Shown: positions 25,896-35,708, numbered from the stretch's first letter. The stretch: DNA of 64,000 nt from Actinomycetota bacterium (GCA_052389675.1 JBQTHR010000012.1:251-64250); one strand, 5' to 3'. Notes: generated from the sequence alone by a model not told the origin. Made by a program: numbers and translations.

Positions 25896-28466
25896 GTGAA
25901 GCAAACGCGCCGTCACATCGTCACCACATGTTTGGTTCTAGGCCTTGCTCTTGGCCTTGTTGCGTTTCCCTTGATCACCGGTTTGTCGCCCCGGCTCGGC
26001 CTGGATCTTCGAGGCGGCATAGCGGTTACACTCACCGCTCCCGAGGGCACCCGGTCCGATCTGCTGGACAAGGCCGTTGACATTCTGCGCGGGCGGGTGG
26101 ACCGGGCGGGGGTGGCCGAACCGGAGATCTCCCGCGAGTCAAGCACAAACATTTTCATCCAGCTTCCCGGCACCGAGGACCCCCAGAGGCTGCTCTCGCT
26201 AATCGGCAAGACCGCCCAGCTGCAGTTCCGGCAGGTCGAGCGGATCATCAACTCGGCGGAGCAGGACTTCGACTCAATCGCGGTTTCGGACAGTGACAAC
26301 CCGGAAGAAGCGGTGGTCCTGCTTGACGAGGAGGGCAACAAGTATCAGCTGGCTACTGCGGAGCTCACCGGCGAGCAGGTCAGCAAAGGCACCGCCCGGC
26401 TGAGCCCCGAGGGTGCGTGGGAGGTGCTGCTGGACTTTCGGCGTACTGGGGCCGGCGCGCTTCAGGAGCTGACCGGGCGGCTTGCTTGCGAGGAGGGCTT
26501 CCGGCGGCAGATGGCCATCGTTTTGGACGGCCAGGTTGACTCGGCCCCGCCGATGGGTTCAGACATCGTGTGCAACGAGGGAATCTCCCAGGGAAGCGCC
26601 CGGATCACCGGCAGCTTCACCGAACAAGAGGCTAAGGACTTGGCCTTGGTGCTCACCGCCGGTGCGCTGCCGGTCAAGCTGACCCAGTCTGAGGTGCGCA
26701 CGGTGAGCGCCACGCTGGGCAGTGACTCGCTCAAGGCAGGTGTGATCGCCGGAGCCATAGGACTGGTTTTGGTGATGCTCTATGTGCTGGTTTATTACCG
26801 GACTCTCGGCCTGCAGATCTGGTTCGGGTTGCTGGTATTCGCAGCGATTAACTATGGACTGATAGTGATCTTCGGCCAGCTGATCGGCTGGAGCCTCACC
26901 CTTGCCGGCATTGCCGGGCTGATTGTGTCGATTGGAATCTCGGCCGACTCGTACATCGTGTTCTTCGAGCGGATCAAAGAGGAAATCCATCAGGGCCGTT
27001 CGCTGAGAGCCTCCATCGACCGGGGCTTTTGGCCTGCCTGGCGGACCGTTCGTACCGCCAACACCGTCACCATCCTGGCTGCCTTCGTCCTTTACTTCCT
27101 GGCGGTCGGCCCGGTGCGGGGCTTTGCCCTGGCGCTGGGCATTGCCACCGCGATCGACCTGGCCATGACCTATCTGCTCACCTGGCCGGTTGCCTCCCTG
27201 CTGGCTCGCAACAAGTTCTTCGCCGAGAACAAGATCCTGGGCATGCGCACCGCCCTGGAAGGCGGAGCGAAGGAAGGGTTGCTGCGCAAGATCGAGCGCA
27301 GCGAGTTCAGCTTCGACTTTATCGGTAGGCGCAAGAAGTGGTTCATGCTCTCCGCGGCGGTGTGCTTGATCTCCGCGGTAGCCCTGATCCCGGGGGTGCG
27401 CGGTCTGAGCTACGGCATTGACTTCAAGGGAGGCAACGTCTACCGGGCCCCCTCCGAGGCCGGGTTGGAGGTCTCCGAAGTTGCCGAGGCTATGGAAGAA
27501 GCGGGCCTGGAGAACCCGGTGGTGCAGATCAGCCGGGACCGCACCACCGAGCGTTCGTTGGTCCAAGTGCAATCCGGCGAGTCATTGACTCCGGAGCAGC
27601 GAGACGCGGTCAGCGCCCGGCTTGCCGAGGTTGCCGGGGTTCAGCTAACCGAAGTCGCGGTCGACTCGGTGGGGGAGAAGTGGGGTGCCACCATCACCGC
27701 CAAAGCACTGCGCGGCCTGTTCGTTTTCTTACTGTTGACTATTCTGTACATGTCCTGGCGGCTGGAGCCGAAGATGGCCGCCGCCGGTATCATTGCTTTG
27801 CTGCACGACCTGTTGATCACCGCGGGAGTGTACGCGCTGGTGGGCTTTGAGGTGTCGCCGGCAACAGTCATTGCAACGCTGACCATCCTGGGATTCTCTC
27901 TTTACGACACCATCGTGGTGTTCGACAAGGTGCGGGAGGAACAGTTTGACCTGGCAAACTCCCGCAAGACATTTGCCGAGATTGCCAACGAGGCTAGCAA
28001 CCAGGTGTTGATGCGTTCGCTAAGCACCTCCTTGACGGTGTTGATTCCGGTGGGCAGCCTGCTGTTCATCGGAAGCCTGCTGCTGGGGGCAGACACGCTG
28101 AAGGACCTGGCACTGGCGTTGTTCGTCGGTGTGGCGGTGGGGGCGTACTCGAGCATCTTCCTGGCAACTCCGCTGCTGTCGGTCTGGAAGGAGAAGGAGC
28201 CCCGCTTCGCCATGGTCAAGAGTCGCAGCGCCCGCCGGAGCCAAGCGGAGGCCTCCGAAACTCGCCGGCAAGCTCATCTGGATTCCGAAGAAGAGTTGGA
28301 GATCGATATCGACGAGCTTGGCGATGACGGCGAGTCCTACGAGGCGCAGGATGAAGAGCAAACGGTTCCGGCGTCGCCCCGGCGCCCGGCGCAACCGCGG
28401 CCGGGTCCGCCCCGCAGCCAGCCCCGCAGGAACCAGTCACGGGCCAGGCGCAAGGGCAAACGTTAG
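25896..28466 (+). CDS. secDF: fused protein translocase subunit SecDF
   Basis: 856 aa with a SecD-like half (periplasmic domain plus 6 TM) followed by a SecF-like half (FDFIGRRKKWF..., second 6-TM bundle), then a basic/Pro-rich tail. Confidence 0.9.
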   Translation: MKQTRRHIVTTCLVLGLALGLVAFPLITGLSPRLGLDLRGGIAVTLTAPEGTRSDLLDKAVDILRGRVDRAGVAEPEISRESSTNIFIQLPGTEDPQRLLSLIGKTAQLQFRQVERIINSAEQDFDSIAVSDSDNPEEAVVLLDEEGNKYQLATAELTGEQVSKGTARLSPEGAWEVLLDFRRTGAGALQELTGRLACEEGFRRQMAIVLDGQVDSAPPMGSDIVCNEGISQGSARITGSFTEQEAKDLALVLTAGALPVKLTQSEVRTVSATLGSDSLKAGVIAGAIGLVLVMLYVLVYYRTLGLQIWFGLLVFAAINYGLIVIFGQLIGWSLTLAGIAGLIVSIGISADSYIVFFERIKEEIHQGRSLRASIDRGFWPAWRTVRTANTVTILAAFVLYFLAVGPVRGFALALGIATAIDLAMTYLLTWPVASLLARNKFFAENKILGMRTALEGGAKEGLLRKIERSEFSFDFIGRRKKWFMLSAAVCLISAVALIPGVRGLSYGIDFKGGNVYRAPSEAGLEVSEVAEAMEEAGLENPVVQISRDRTTERSLVQVQSGESLTPEQRDAVSARLAEVAGVQLTEVAVDSVGEKWGATITAKALRGLFVFLLLTILYMSWRLEPKMAAAGIIALLHDLLITAGVYALVGFEVSPATVIATLTILGFSLYDTIVVFDKVREEQFDLANSRKTFAEIANEASNQVLMRSLSTSLTVLIPVGSLLFIGSLLLGADTLKDLALALFVGVAVGAYSSIFLATPLLSVWKEKEPRFAMVKSRSARRSQAEASETRRQAHLDSEEELEIDIDELGDDGESYEAQDEEQTVPASPRRPAQPRPGPPRSQPRRNQSRARRKGKR

Positions 28467-28507
28467 TTGAACTGCCTTCACGGCGGCCGCTACCCGATGG
28501 AGCGCTG

Positions 28508-29029
28508 TTGAATCCGGCACTGTGGCGCGAGCGAATCCGCAGCGTAGCTGACTTTCCCAAGCCCGGGATTGACTTCAAGGACATCACGCCGCTGTTGGGC
28601 GATGCGGGCGTTTTCGGCGAGGTTGTAGAGGGCTTTGCCGAAGCGTTCGGTTCTCAGCGGATCGACATGGTGTGTGGCATCGAAGCCCGCGGGTTCATCT
28701 TCGCAGCACCGGTGGCCCACCGGTTGGGAGCCGGTTTTGTGCCGATTCGCAAGTTCGGAAAATTGCCCTCGGCCGCTGAGGCGGCTTCCTACGCCCTTGA
28801 GTACAACGAGGCGGTGCTGGAAATCCACCGCGATGCGCTGTTGCCCGGTCAAAACGTTTTGCTGGTAGATGACGTTTTGGCCACCGGGGGTACCGCCCAA
28901 GCGGCGGCAGAGCTGGTGGAGCGGCTGGGCGCCCGGGTGGTCGGGCTGGTGTTTTTGATCGAGCTGGAGTTCTTGAATGGGGCGGGCAAGTTGAAGGGCT
29001 ACGATTTCAAGAGCTTCCTCAGGTACTGA
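28508..29029 (+). CDS. apt: adenine phosphoribosyltransferase
   Basis: FPKPGIDFKDITPLL and VLLVDDVLATGGTA PRPP motif. TTG start. Confidence 0.9.
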   Translation: MNPALWRERIRSVADFPKPGIDFKDITPLLGDAGVFGEVVEGFAEAFGSQRIDMVCGIEARGFIFAAPVAHRLGAGFVPIRKFGKLPSAAEAASYALEYNEAVLEIHRDALLPGQNVLLVDDVLATGGTAQAAAELVERLGARVVGLVFLIELEFLNGAGKLKGYDFKSFLRY

Positions 29030-29081
29030 CCATCCGGTCAGGAGTTGCCGCATCCCGCTCACCAACTGTCGCCGCCTCGGC

Positions 29082-29567
29082 TTATCCCTTGGCGACTTGG
29101 CCCTCCGGCAATGTTAGCCGACGCAGTCCGCTGAGCAACTGCTCCAGGCTCGGCCGGTCAAGCGCCAGCAGCGCCGGAGGCGGTTCCTGGTAAGCGGCCC
29201 GCAACTGCGCCTGCAACTCGGCACCCCGGGGCGTCAGAACGACTCCTTTTACCCGCCGATCGGTGGTTGAGGGCTTTCGTTCAACCAGAGCCCGCTCCTC
29301 CAGACGGTCCACCAGCCAGGTTGCGGTGGAGGCATCGCATCCCACGTCGCCGGCGCAGGTGCCCATCGGCTTGGACTCACCCGGCTCCAAAGTCATGAGA
29401 ATTTTTGTGTGGCCGGGCGTCAGGCCCAAGTCGTGCACCGAGCGGCTCTTGCTCCGGAACTGTTGCTGAGCGAACTGCGACATCAGGTGCCACGCCTCGG
29501 CGGCGATGTCGAAGTCTGCGGGGTCCTCCATGCCGGCAATAATAGTCGAGTAAGCTGAATATTGCAC
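29082..29567 (-). CDS. MarR family transcriptional regulator
   Basis: wHTH region LGLTPGHTKILMTLEPGESKPMGTCAGDVGCDASTATWLVDRLEERALVERKPSTTDRRVKGVVLTPRG. Divergent from the ABC exporter. Confidence 0.75.
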   Translation of the reverse strand: MQYSAYSTIIAGMEDPADFDIAAEAWHLMSQFAQQQFRSKSRSVHDLGLTPGHTKILMTLEPGESKPMGTCAGDVGCDASTATWLVDRLEERALVERKPSTTDRRVKGVVLTPRGAELQAQLRAAYQEPPPALLALDRPSLEQLLSGLRRLTLPEGQVAKG

Positions 29568-29594
29568 TACTGGAATATTGGATAATCAAATGAT

Positions 29595-31082
29595 TTGACC
29601 ACTAAAACGATTTGTGCGACGATGTCCGGCATGAACGATCCTGCCATAGCAGTTGAAGGGCTGGTTAAGCGTTACGGTTCGTTGGAGGCGCTGGCGGGGA
29701 TCGACTTTCAGGTGCCGGCAGGTACCGTTTTCGGCCTGCTGGGACCCAATGGCGCGGGTAAGACCACTGCGGTTCGCATACTTTCCACGATTATCAAGCC
29801 TGATGCAGGGCGGGCGGAGGTTCTGGGGTACGACGTGCAACGCAATCCCCAGGCGGTCCGGCGCCTCATCGGCCTGGCGGGTCAGTACGCTGCGGTTGAC
29901 CCCAATCTGACCGGCAGGGAGAATCTGCTGCTGGTGGGGAAGCTGGCTCAGCTGCCCGGCAAGTACACCAAGGCCCGGGCCGGTGAGTTGTTGGAGCTCT
30001 TCGACCTGGTGAAGGCCGCCGACCGCCCGATCAAGACTTACTCCGGTGGGATGCGCCGGCGCCTGGACGTGGCGGCGGCGCTGGTGGGCAAGCCACCGGT
30101 AATCTTTTTGGACGAGCCGACCACCGGGCTGGACATCCAGAGCCGCACCGAACTGTGGCAGGTGATCCGGGAACTGGTCGGCGAGGGAAGCACCGTCCTT
30201 TTGACCACGCAATACCTGGAGGAGGCCGATGTCCTGGCCGACCGTATCGCCGTGGTCAACGCCGGAGAGTTGGTGGCCAACGACACTGCGGCGAACCTCA
30301 AGTCACGCCTGTCAGCCAGTGTGGTGGAGGTTACTTTGCCCGGTGAAACTCAAGCGGTTCGGGCGCAAGCGCTGCTGGCCGGGCTGGTCCAAGGCGCTCC
30401 AGAGCGGGAGGGGAGCCGTTTGCGCCTGACCACCCCGGACGCTCCGACAGTGCTCACCAAGGTCCTTCGAGCGCTCGATTCCGCCGGGATGCACCCGGTT
30501 GGGATCACAGTGCACGATCCCAGCCTGGACGACGTATTCCTGGCGCTCACCGGCACACGATCCGGCAACAATCAAGCGGGCGCAGCGGGCTCTTCCACCA
30601 CTCCCATCGCCCAGGCTGCCGGCGCAACGGCTGCGTGGATCGACACGTCCCAGGATGTAGAACCGGAGCCGAGAGGTGGTGACGAAGCGCTGGTCTTCGA
30701 GGACAATGGTCCGGCGGGAGCAGCCACCGCACTGGATCAAGTGCTTGCTGCCCTGCCCTACAAGGCAGGAAGCGGCGAGGTGAACGCCCACCTGCTGGAG
30801 GTGGCGCGAGCGCTTCAAGCGTACTATCGCAGCGGTAACGGAAATCACGTCGATACCGCGCCGCTTAGCGGCTACCTCACCTTGGAACAGCGGTTCGGAC
30901 GGATCAATGGATCGTTTCCTCCGGAACAGGTCACGGCGCTTCTGATGGGTGCCGCGCGGGCCAGCGGTTCAGGGCTGACCCGGGACGAAAGGATGAACGG
31001 GCGGCCGGGTGATTTTGCCGAGGCTGCAGTGAAGATCTTGCTTGAGGGGATCTGCGAGCCGGGTGCTAGGGGGCGCAGGTGA
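29595..31082 (+). CDS. ABC transporter ATP-binding protein (DrrA-like) with an unusual ~180-aa C-terminal extension
   Basis: Walker [10 protein letters not shown], signature YSGGMRRRL and Walker B VIFLDEPTTGLD within the first ~310 aa. The Ala/Gly-rich remainder is uncharacterised. It overlaps the permease start (GTGA). Confidence 0.85.
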   Translation: MTTKTICATMSGMNDPAIAVEGLVKRYGSLEALAGIDFQVPAGTVFGLLGPNGAGKTTAVRILSTIIKPDAGRAEVLGYDVQRNPQAVRRLIGLAGQYAAVDPNLTGRENLLLVGKLAQLPGKYTKARAGELLELFDLVKAADRPIKTYSGGMRRRLDVAAALVGKPPVIFLDEPTTGLDIQSRTELWQVIRELVGEGSTVLLTTQYLEEADVLADRIAVVNAGELVANDTAANLKSRLSASVVEVTLPGETQAVRAQALLAGLVQGAPEREGSRLRLTTPDAPTVLTKVLRALDSAGMHPVGITVHDPSLDDVFLALTGTRSGNNQAGAAGSSTTPIAQAAGATAAWIDTSQDVEPEPRGGDEALVFEDNGPAGAATALDQVLAALPYKAGSGEVNAHLLEVARALQAYYRSGNGNHVDTAPLSGYLTLEQRFGRINGSFPPEQVTALLMGAARASGSGLTRDERMNGRPGDFAEAAVKILLEGICEPGARGRR

Positions 31083-31894
31083 GCCACGCTCCCGCGTTCG
31101 GTGGCCGGGTTGCCCGGGGGCGTTCGAGCGCGGTGAGGGACAGCCTGGCGGTGGCCGGGCGCAATCTCACTGCCATCCGCCGGGTTCCCCAGTTGCTGGT
31201 TTTCACGCTTATCCAGCCGGTTATTTTCGTCGTGCTCTTCCGCTACGTCATGGGCGGGGCAATCCAGGTGCCCAACGGCTCCTATGTCAATTACCTGATC
31301 CCGGGCATCTTCGTCCAGACGGTGACCTTCGGTGGGCTGCAGACCGCCATCGGCATGGCGGCCGATCTCAAGAGCGGCCTGCTGGAGCGGTTCCGGTCAC
31401 TCCCAATGGCTCGCTCAGCCGTGCTGGCCGGCCGGACCATGGCTGATCTAGCCCGTAACGTATTTGTGGTCGGGCTGATCGCCGGGGTCGCCTTCCTGGT
31501 GGGCTTCGACTACCAGACTTCGATGGCGAAGTTCATCGGCGGACTTCTGGTGGTGCTGCTCTTCTCCTTTACTCTGTCGTGGGTGTTCGCTTTGGTCGGA
31601 CTGGCCGTGGGTGATCCGGAAAGTGCCCAGGCGGCCGCCTTTCCGATCATGGCTCCTTTGGTGTTCGCCTCCTCGGCGTTCGTGCCGGTGGCAACCATGC
31701 CTGGCTGGCTCCAAGGTTTTGCCGAGAACCAACCGGTCTCGGTCACCGCTTCCGCGGTGCGAGCGCTGATGATTGGCGATCTGCCCGGCCAGCCTGACGC
31801 CACCACCCTGGTGCTCAAGTCGATTGCCTGGAGCCTGGGAATTCTGTTGGTGATTGTTCCCATCGCCGTCCGGCGCTACCGCAAGGCAGTTTGA
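31079..31894 (+). CDS. ABC-2 type transporter permease
   Basis: Six predicted TM helices, ABC-2 family-like, directly after the ATPase. Confidence 0.8.
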   Translation: MSHAPAFGGRVARGRSSAVRDSLAVAGRNLTAIRRVPQLLVFTLIQPVIFVVLFRYVMGGAIQVPNGSYVNYLIPGIFVQTVTFGGLQTAIGMAADLKSGLLERFRSLPMARSAVLAGRTMADLARNVFVVGLIAGVAFLVGFDYQTSMAKFIGGLLVVLLFSFTLSWVFALVGLAVGDPESAQAAAFPIMAPLVFASSAFVPVATMPGWLQGFAENQPVSVTASAVRALMIGDLPGQPDATTLVLKSIAWSLGILLVIVPIAVRRYRKAV

Positions 31895-32445
31895 CCGGCG
31901 CTTTCTGCCAAGGGATCCGGACGGGAGTCGCTTTCCGGCGCTACGACTAACGGCTGAGGAGTCTCGAGGTTCTCCTGCACCCAACCGAGCAGGCCGGGCA
32001 TCGAGGCTTCGATCATGTTCAGCACCCGGTCAAACCCGGAGCCGCCGCCGTAGTAAGGATCGGGGACGTCGAGGTCGCCTGGAGCGGCCGGGTCGAACGA
32101 CCGGAGCAGGCGGATACTGCCGGGATCCCTTCCCGCCCGCTGAAGGAGGTGGCGGAGTTCCCGTTGGTGGCCGATGTCCAAGGCGATAAGCAGGTCGGCC
32201 GCCAGGTGCTCGCTCCCCACTGCTGCGGCGACATGGTCAGTCGGGTAGCCCGCCCGGGCCAGGGTCTCAAGCGCCCTAGGGTCCGCGTTTTCCCCCACAT
32301 GCCAGCCCCCGGTTCCTGCGCTGGTGACGGTAACCCGATCGGCCAGGCCCCTGCCTCGCAGTTGTTCCCGGAAGACCAAGGCGGCCATGGGAGAGCGGCA
32401 GATGTTGCCCGAGCAGACGAAGCTGACGTGCAGGGTCCGGCTCAA
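31876..32445 (-). CDS. low-molecular-weight protein tyrosine phosphatase (ArsC/Wzb fold)
   Basis: VCSGNICRS P-loop (CX5R) at the N-terminus and DPYYG D-loop. Confidence 0.8.
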   Translation of the reverse strand: MSRTLHVSFVCSGNICRSPMAALVFREQLRGRGLADRVTVTSAGTGGWHVGENADPRALETLARAGYPTDHVAAAVGSEHLAADLLIALDIGHQRELRHLLQRAGRDPGSIRLLRSFDPAAPGDLDVPDPYYGGGSGFDRVLNMIEASMPGLLGWVQENLETPQPLVVAPESDSRPDPLAESAGQTALR

Positions 32446-33278
32446 ACCAGTTGTTCCGGCCCGGCCGCGGGTTCGGGCGCTGGCTCGAAGTTCCGAGATT
32501 CCACCTCGGGCAGCAACTCGGAAGCCATCTCCGGTAGTGACTCAGGCGGAACCCGGCGTGCCCGCAACTCCTTACGCAACAGCGCCAGGTAGACGATCGA
32601 TGCCACCAACGCAAAGAACGACCACTGCAGGGCGTAGTCGAAGTGCGGTCCCTCGTCGAAGGATGCCAGGGGTGCCAGGACGGGAAACTCGCCGGATGCC
32701 GCCGGGCTCTGTTCGACCAGCCTCAGATACAGCGGATGCACCGGGTAGGTTAGCTGCTGGTCCAGGCGCACCAAGTCCACCCGGGGGAGCGCGCGCACCG
32801 TCCCCGGTGGCGGATCGGACACACCGAACGGCCCGGAGCGCTCGTTCAGCAGCAGGTAGCCGGTCAGCCGGACCTGTCCGGTTGGCGCTAGCGTCTCGGC
32901 CCCGCCCGGCTCGTCGATCTCCAATGGCACCCATCCCCGGTCCACAATGAGCGCGGTCCCGGAGGCGGTGACCAGCGGCGTCAGGAGGTGATTGCCGGTA
33001 CGTTTATCCAGCGAGCGGGACTGGAGAAGGACCTCGTGCGCTGAATCGTAAGTGCCTTCCACGGTAACAAGTCGGTACTGAGCTTCCCGCTCAGGGCGGG
33101 CTATCACCTCCTCCAGTTCAGCTGCGGGGATCCGGGTCTGAGATTGCAGGTGGGCGTTCAGTTCCCGGCGTTCCTTCAGTCGGTCAACCTGCCAGGAAGC
33201 CAGCACCACACAGGTGGCTATCACCAAGATGGCCAGGACGTGGCGGATAAGCCAGCGGGGGCTGAGCAGGAAGCGCAC
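32442..33278 (-). CDS. SURF1 family protein (cytochrome oxidase assembly-like)
   Basis: N-terminal TM, LASWQVDRLKERRELNAHL, then a C-terminal TM, which is the SURF1 topology. The stop overlaps the LMW-PTP start. Confidence 0.7.
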   Translation of the reverse strand: MRFLLSPRWLIRHVLAILVIATCVVLASWQVDRLKERRELNAHLQSQTRIPAAELEEVIARPEREAQYRLVTVEGTYDSAHEVLLQSRSLDKRTGNHLLTPLVTASGTALIVDRGWVPLEIDEPGGAETLAPTGQVRLTGYLLLNERSGPFGVSDPPPGTVRALPRVDLVRLDQQLTYPVHPLYLRLVEQSPAASGEFPVLAPLASFDEGPHFDYALQWSFFALVASIVYLALLRKELRARRVPPESLPEMASELLPEVESRNFEPAPEPAAGPEQLV

Positions 33279-33337
33279 GGACCACTAGGCCCCCGGCCCC
33301 GGAGCGCGGCAAACGCAAAACCTTCGGGGTCGGAGTG

Positions 33338-33547
33338 TCACGCTCTGCTACGGTCCACCAAGTTGCTCAACAGCTTTCCGGCCGAGGAGGATATTTCGGC
33401 CACCGCAATGTCGAAGGCTTCCCGATTTGTCTGGGAAGGCACACGATAACCGCTGATCTTGCGGACGAACTGCAGAGCTGCCGCTTCGATCTGCGGTGCA
33501 GTGGCCGGTTCTTCAGCTGAGCGCAATACCTTGATGCTGCGGCACAT
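33338..33547 (-). CDS. DUF2277 family protein
   Basis: MCRSIKVLRSAEEPATAPQIEAAALQFVRKISGYRVPSQTNREAFDIAV matches the DUF2277 N-terminal consensus (MCRNIKTL...ATE.EIRAAALQ(F/Y)VRKISG). Confidence 0.55.
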   Translation of the reverse strand: MCRSIKVLRSAEEPATAPQIEAAALQFVRKISGYRVPSQTNREAFDIAVAEISSSAGKLLSNLVDRSRA

Positions 33548-33588
33548 ACCGCCGAGAGTACACCGTTTAAGTGCGATTGGGTGCCCTC

Positions 33589-34245
33589 TTAAACCGCTCC
33601 GTCCACGATCGCCCGCCCGTTCAGGGGCTCGGTGAGCGCAACGTCGACCGCCTTGTACTGAGCGATCATGATGCAGGCAACGTTTTGCGCCTCCGGGTCA
33701 TTGCCTTCGAACAGGGTTATGGCTACCTCAGTGCTGCGGTAGTCCACTTCCACCCGGTCCAGGACGGTGCATGGTTCTACCCCGCTCACGAAGTGGAGCC
33801 GCACAGCCCGCTCGCCGACCAGCTCGAACCGTTCCCACGGGGTCTTGTGTACGTTGACCATGCCCGGCCGGGGCTTTACCATTTTGCCAGCAGGTGGGGC
33901 GACGCCGGGTGCCGGTTCGCCGGACGGAGGTGGGCTGAAGGAAATGGGCGGCGCCGGCTCATTGCCCTGCGATTTCTCCGGCGCAACCGTCCGAACGGGA
34001 TCGGCAGTGCCGGTCCCGGAGCGGGCGGGCCGGGTAGTGGTGGTAGGCGGAGCGTCGGGAGGGGCGATTGCGGTGTCGACGATTTCCGGAGACGTTGCCC
34101 CGGTCTGCGGTCCGGACGGCAGGGCCGGTTCCTCGGGCGCAAGATCCGCCTCCGGGTCCCCTCCGGAACCCAACTGGGCGACGGCTGCGCCCAGGCCCAG
34201 AAGCAACACCATGCCGACTACCGAAACGATCAATGCATTGCGCAC
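33589..34245 (-). CDS. hypothetical membrane-anchored protein with Pro-rich linker
   Basis: N-terminal TM, Pro/Thr-rich spacer and a ~100-aa C-terminal globular region. Same strand as its neighbours. Plus-strand ORFs overlap it, so the call is tentative. Confidence 0.4.
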   Translation of the reverse strand: MRNALIVSVVGMVLLLGLGAAVAQLGSGGDPEADLAPEEPALPSGPQTGATSPEIVDTAIAPPDAPPTTTTRPARSGTGTADPVRTVAPEKSQGNEPAPPISFSPPPSGEPAPGVAPPAGKMVKPRPGMVNVHKTPWERFELVGERAVRLHFVSGVEPCTVLDRVEVDYRSTEVAITLFEGNDPEAQNVACIMIAQYKAVDVALTEPLNGRAIVDGAV

Positions 34246-34333
34246 TGCCGTACCTCCTTTAATCGCCCGTCCGACTTTACCGGGCTATTGGACGGAAGCC
34301 GGCGACCTGTAGTTCCCCAGGGGGCTCGGACCG

Positions 34334-35587
34334 CTACTGGGTGCGGCTGAAGACGAACTCGAAATGCATGCCGTCGGGTTCGGTCCAGTCGCCACCCCAG
34401 CTAAATCCCCACTGCTCCATGATCTCCACGATGCGCCGGTCGATAGTCGGCGCGTTTCCCATCAGGTTTCCGGAGACGTTGAAGTCGATGGCAGCCCCCC
34501 AGGAGTGGCGGGACAGCCCACCCTCTCTGCCGGCCCGGATGAACCGGGGGGAGAAGCATCCGCCGAAGTCGGAGCCGTCGATCAGAGGGCCCAGGCCCGC
34601 TTGTTCGACTGCCGCTACTGCACCTCGGATCTGCGGGAACATAGCCTTGTGGCAGCGGAACTCGCCCACCAGCGGCACCGACTCGACCGCGGTGTTGGCG
34701 TCGATCCACTCTTGAGGGATACGGATGTCCATCCCAGTTCCCAGGCGGGCCGGGAACTCGCCGAAGATCGTCTTGATATCGGCCAGCGGCAACAGTCCGC
34801 CGCCATCCCCTATATCCGATCCGAGCGGCCCCCGGATCTTCGCCGGCACCCCGGCAGGAACGTGCTTGCGCAGTTCGGACATCACCGCGGCCGCCTCATT
34901 TAACGAGGTGAGCGCTATCTCCAGGTACCGGTTATGGGTGACAGCGAGCGCTGCGCCGGTCCGGTGGGTAACCAGAACCTCGTGGCCTCGGGTGAGTTCG
35001 TCGTCCACCACGCCGACCACGTTGATCCAGGTGGTCCCGAAGCGCAGCGTCCCGGTATTTTCGATTCCCCGGAGTTTGGCCGCGCTCCGGGAGATCAGCG
35101 CACCCCCCTCAGGAAGGTCCAGCAGCTGCCTACGCTGCATCTCCGGGACCATCTGTTGGTATTCGGCTGGATCGACCGATCCGATGTCGACCGGAATCTG
35201 CTGGCCTGGAGGGGCAAAGACCGGGGCGTCCCCTTCGTTGTTCCACATGGTGAGCCAGCGGGTAGCGCTGCTGAACTCGGCCACTGCCGTGACCTCGGGA
35301 ACCTGCCGGGCAGCCGACGCAAGCGCCGGCAGGGCTTCCCGGTCCGTGAATACGGTGAGCACGGGGAACGCCCCGGGGTTGGGTCGGCCTGGCACTGCCG
35401 GCGCAAGAGGGACATCCCTGGCTTCGGCCTGGACGCCGTGGCTGCGAAGGGCAACCAGCGCCAGCATCATCAAGGCGCCTGCCAGGGACAAGGCCAGGCC
35501 GGAGACTATGAATCTGCGGTGGGATCCGCGCCCCAGCGAGTAGTGGGGGTTGAATCCGGACGCGAGAAGAACACGAACGGATTTCAT
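34334..35587 (-). CDS. membrane-anchored M15-family (VanY/D-Ala-D-Ala carboxypeptidase-like) peptidase, paralog A
   Basis: C-terminal SRHSWGAAIDFN...WGFSWGGDW...DGMHFE zinc-peptidase motifs. N-terminal TM plus a ~270-aa domain ending ...VVGVVDDE. Confidence 0.75.
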   Translation of the reverse strand: MKSVRVLLASGFNPHYSLGRGSHRRFIVSGLALSLAGALMMLALVALRSHGVQAEARDVPLAPAVPGRPNPGAFPVLTVFTDREALPALASAARQVPEVTAVAEFSSATRWLTMWNNEGDAPVFAPPGQQIPVDIGSVDPAEYQQMVPEMQRRQLLDLPEGGALISRSAAKLRGIENTGTLRFGTTWINVVGVVDDELTRGHEVLVTHRTGAALAVTHNRYLEIALTSLNEAAAVMSELRKHVPAGVPAKIRGPLGSDIGDGGGLLPLADIKTIFGEFPARLGTGMDIRIPQEWIDANTAVESVPLVGEFRCHKAMFPQIRGAVAAVEQAGLGPLIDGSDFGGCFSPRFIRAGREGGLSRHSWGAAIDFNVSGNLMGNAPTIDRRIVEIMEQWGFSWGGDWTEPDGMHFEFVFSRTQ

Positions 35588-35708
35588 GGGTTCGCGTCGG
35601 CCCTATGTCGTGTGCGCGGATAAGGTCGGGGATGTTATCGGCACACTTACCGAAACGCTTAAGTCTTTTCCTTGATCAAAAGTTCCCCGGCAGGGGCCGG
35701 CCGAACGG

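Noticed and set aside
33571-34350. 259-aa plus-strand ORF
   Set aside because: It is opposite the minus-strand membrane-anchored ORF and its translation is Arg/Gly-rich. The minus-strand reading gives TM, linker and globular organisation. Neither is certain.
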